Assembly (NCBI GenBank): GCA_017654855.1 | Contig: CM030338.1 | Coordinates: 744,001-808,000 of the forward strand | Source: Podospora anserina | Taxonomy: Eukaryota | DNA length: 64,000 nucleotides | Reading direction: 5' to 3' | Part shown: one piece after another, positions 60,663 through 64,000 of the stretch | Layout: each line of letters opens with the position of its first letter | Position numbering within the stretch: position 1 is the first letter of the stretch | The notes under the pieces: model-generated | Databases searched by the model: none | What the model was told of the DNA's origin: nothing | What the model saw: the letters and a program-made list of their open reading frames with translations, nothing else | Position numbers and translations under genes: made by a program

Positions 60663-60682
60663 CTGACTGACTGACTGACTGA
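60663..60682 (+). repeat. (CTGA)5 microsatellite
   Basis: ctgactgactgactgactga. Confidence 0.85.
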
Positions 60683-61743
60683 ACCAAGACGACGTGCTTT
60701 TTGTCCGTAATCGTCAAAGTCCCAGGAGAGGATGACGGCCCCCATGTTCCTCGGCAGCGGAGGCATCGAGGGGCGGGTAAGAGGGGCCACGAACGGCCTG
60801 TGCAAAATACGACTGACTGTGCCGCTGTCGTACAGATGGAGCATCCACCCAACTGCGGGATACCGAGAGGAGCGCGAAACGAAGGACCTGCAGGTCCAAG
60901 AACGAACTCCAAGGTGAGAGCCGCGGTGAGTCGAGGCTGCGCATAAACGCTTTGGACGTTGGTTGTTGGTTGGAGGTTTTCCTACAACTATGTTGGATTA
61001 TCAAACAACACCTCCACCATAAACCTGGGAAAATCCAGGACGGTTATCGAAATGAGCAGCGGCCGCATCGTTAACCGTCTCATCTTCCTGTCGCAAAGTC
61101 ATCATCCAATGATGTGTCTGGCGCAACATGACATGAAAGTGGGATTAGAAATCCACTCTTAGGGCTACATACAATTGCTCGGACGACATTGTAAAGCGAG
61201 CCCCTGGTTCCTGGCATATCCCCACTCTCCACTGCACCTCAGCCCTATCTCGAGCATACCACATTGAACCTCATGCGGTTTGCTTCATCCAAGTCTGACA
61301 CCGGATCGGGAATCAAAATGCAAATGCCAAAACTCAACGGTTGTCGAAATGCTATGCTGTGCGGCGCTGTTGTTGAACTTGCTCGTTATTGGCTTTGATG
61401 ACGACGCTGATGTGCAGTTCCGAGCCTCTGCGAGACTGAATTTCTGACATCAGATCAGGATCCAGTCCTCCTTCTAGAAACGCATTGTTCCTCTTCTGTG
61501 CCTCCAAAAAAAGAAAAAAAGAAAAAAAGACTTCTGTTCTATCAACGTATTCGAGTATTGCTGCTGCCAATCGCTTACCCCGTCCCGTGTACATACAGTA
61601 ACTATTCTCCATAACCATGGCAGCACACCTCCCACCTTATTTCCTGCTACATTTCCAATCCCAACAGATAATACACCCTATCTATAACCCCTAAACAAAA
61701 CCCTCACTACGCAGTTGTCGTCATCATCACTCTCCTACCTGCC

Positions 61744-64000
61744 TCACCTCCCAGCAGGTGACCGCAACGTTCCCGACATATCCCTAGTCCAATCTCCATC
61801 ATTGTCCTGCTGCCCATTACCATTCCCCTGCAACCCGCCACTACCAGGCCTCAAATTCCAATCGTCCAACGACTCCCTCCCATCAACACCAGGCAACCTC
61901 AGCTGTGGCGGCCCAGTCTGGGAAAGCATACTCACAGTTCCCTGATAGTGTTCGGATCCAGCAGGCGCCGGCGTCCGATCTCTCGAAGGCCCCTCAGACC
62001 CAAACTGATCAAAGTCAGGCAGCTCAAACCCGTGATCCTGAAACGGTGGTCTCGGCTGCCTGGTCTTTGTCGGCGTCTGATCACGGTCTCTGTCCATGAT
62101 CTCAGGCACCCTCTCATCCGCCGGCATCTCCACCGGGAACGGGTTCGACAACTGCACCTGTTGATACTGCTGCTGCAGTTCCAACTCACGCTGCTCCAGA
62201 ATCTGCGGCGCCGGTTCCACGTTCCTCAACGAGCTGCTCCCCGGTTGGATCGCCCCGCTCGACGAGCGGAAACTTCCCACGCTCGCACGGTGAGCATCTA
62301 TCGTTGGGGAGTCTGGGTGGTCGCTTGATGGTCCGAGTGACTCTCTGTCCATGTCCTTGATAGCGAACTGGGCCATGGTCCGCATCTTCCTGCTGACCCA
62401 CCCAGCCAGGATCCTTCCACGCTGCTTCTCTCCCAAACGACTTCGGGGGAAATCTCCCTTGTTGACAAACGCAACGATATCAGTCACGATCTGATGTTCG
62501 TTGAGGACCGCATTCACAATGACAGGAACAATGGAAGCAAGGTATGCCTTGCGGGCCACCTCGGCAACAACCACAACAAGACCACCGGCTTGGAAAACAG
62601 TACTGGAAAAGGATGTGTCAGCAAAACATGGCCAAGGGTTAGAAAATGTGGACAGAGAACTTTACCATCCACCCGGTACAATGCTGTGATGGCATCGTTC
62701 AACCGAGAACTCAATGTCCATTGGGAAATGGCTCAACCCATTGATCTCAATCGTCTCCCCAATGTTGCCGAGGACAAAGACAACCTGCATGTCCACCAGC
62801 GCGCCGCCTGGCCCAATAGGCCTCCTTACACTGTGCAAGAAACCCAGGTCTCCAGTGCGAACATACTGGATACTCGGGTCCTCCACCGTCCGCCCGTCAA
62901 ACCGCTGCACGTCGAACGCGTCCTTGGACCTATAGAACGCCTTGGCGCAGGCTTCCGAATCGACCCAGATCTCACCAAACTCTCCCTCACTGCACAGCAT
63001 ACATGTCTCGGGGTTGACAATGGCAATCTGTGTCGAGACCGGCACCATTCCCGAGTCTTGAACAAGCAAAGCCTTGGGATCCCGCTCGGGGTCTGTGACT
63101 TGAATGAGACCCTGACGCAGAGCCTTGCGGTCCAGCCAGAGCTCGATGGGCTCAATGCACATGTACGACCGCGAGGCGATCATCGGGTTGAGAACATGAG
63201 AATACACCGTGTTGATGGCAGTACGGTCAAGGCCGGCCGTGGCAAAATGCATCCGTACCTTCTGGAATACATCGACGCGGGGCCTGGCCTCGGCCGATAT
63301 CATCATGTTTTTGAGCTCATGCAACGTGAACCCCTTACCCGGCACGGTTCTCATGGCGTAGTCAAGCATCTGAGGAGTGGCGTAAGTATCCTTGATCTTG
63401 TACCTTGACAAAATCAAGAACAAAGAAGCAGGATTCTGGGCAAACTCGACCGGGGAAAGCAGGTACGTGGGCGTGCCGATGTAAATGCCCATGAGACACG
63501 TGTGGAGGAACCCGAGCCCGGTGGTACTCCTGACACAGCCAAGAACTGGCCGGGAGCTAGTCATCTGGCAGGTTTCCTTCTGCACTTTACACATGCCCAG
63601 GATGGTATCGTGGCCCAGCTGAACCGCAATACGGCGCTGGTCAGGCGTCCAGTACGTCCATATAACCACCGGATAACCAGGCTGAACCCACGCCGGATCC
63701 ATCGTGATGCCCAGGTCTCTCAGGCCGCTGTTCTGCTTGGGCGGCTTGGTTGTGTTGAAGATGTTGGGCACCATAATCTTGAGAATCTGGGCCGACTGCT
63801 TGATGTGCTGAGCAACTGTCTTGGTTTTGAGAAGGTGGTCGACCTCTTGATTCACCAACACAGCTCTAACCGAGTAGTCTGCCAGCAGATGCAGAAACGC
63901 AGGCACATCTTCCGAGAGGCGATTCTGGTCCATCGGTGCGATGGGGATGACAATCACGCCGAGGTTGATGCAGGCGTGCACAGCAAAGACAAACTCTTCC
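61744..64000 (-). CDS. CPS1: 3' part of DIP2/CPS1-like acyl-CoA-ligase-like (AMP-binding) protein; intron ~62604-62664; gene continues beyond the window
   Basis: WTYWTPDQRR, YKIKDTYAT, GEIWVDS, YVRTGDLGFL, INGLSHFPMDIE.SVERCH and DFPRSRLGEKQRG. Confidence 0.9.

Noticed and set aside
62494-63408. 304-aa plus-strand ORF
   Set aside because: Antisense to the CPS1-like gene.
1-64000. CRISPR arrays, rRNA, Spok or Starship captain genes
   Set aside because: No repeat-spacer arrays, rRNA-like sequence, or recognisable Spok or tyrosine-recombinase motifs were seen.

Overview
Filamentous ascomycete genomic DNA (Sordariomycete-like; Podospora-type composition is my inference, not demonstrated), with short GT-AG introns carrying CTAAC/CTGAC branch sites. 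The left ~45 kb looks accessory. It holds a RIP-mutated LINE relic interrupted by a solo LTR, a Ser/Thr kinase, a 75-aa three-exon microgene, an orphan gene, a DUF6594 membrane protein, an enoyl-reductase/MFS/Tri3-like acetyltransferase group, tRNA-Ser(GCT), an ankyrin protein, a hybrid histidine kinase, a riboflavin-kinase-like protein, a Clr5-ankyrin pseudogene and several orphans. The right end carries core genes (EB1/Bim1, Vam7, the 3' part of a DIP2/CPS1-like gene) plus a HET-domain protein with a membrane tail. The best candidate for an undescribed system is a ~3 kb three-gene cluster at 10556-13640. A viperin (RSAD2) radical-SAM gene lies head-to-head with a spliced short-LID NMP kinase that the ORF track shows only as a fragment, followed by a CYTH/thiamine-triphosphatase-like gene. 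All three promoters share a 10-bp motif, YGAGGCCTRC, which suggests a co-regulated fungal antiviral ddh-nucleotide module. All protein calls come from motif recognition by eye; no searches were run.
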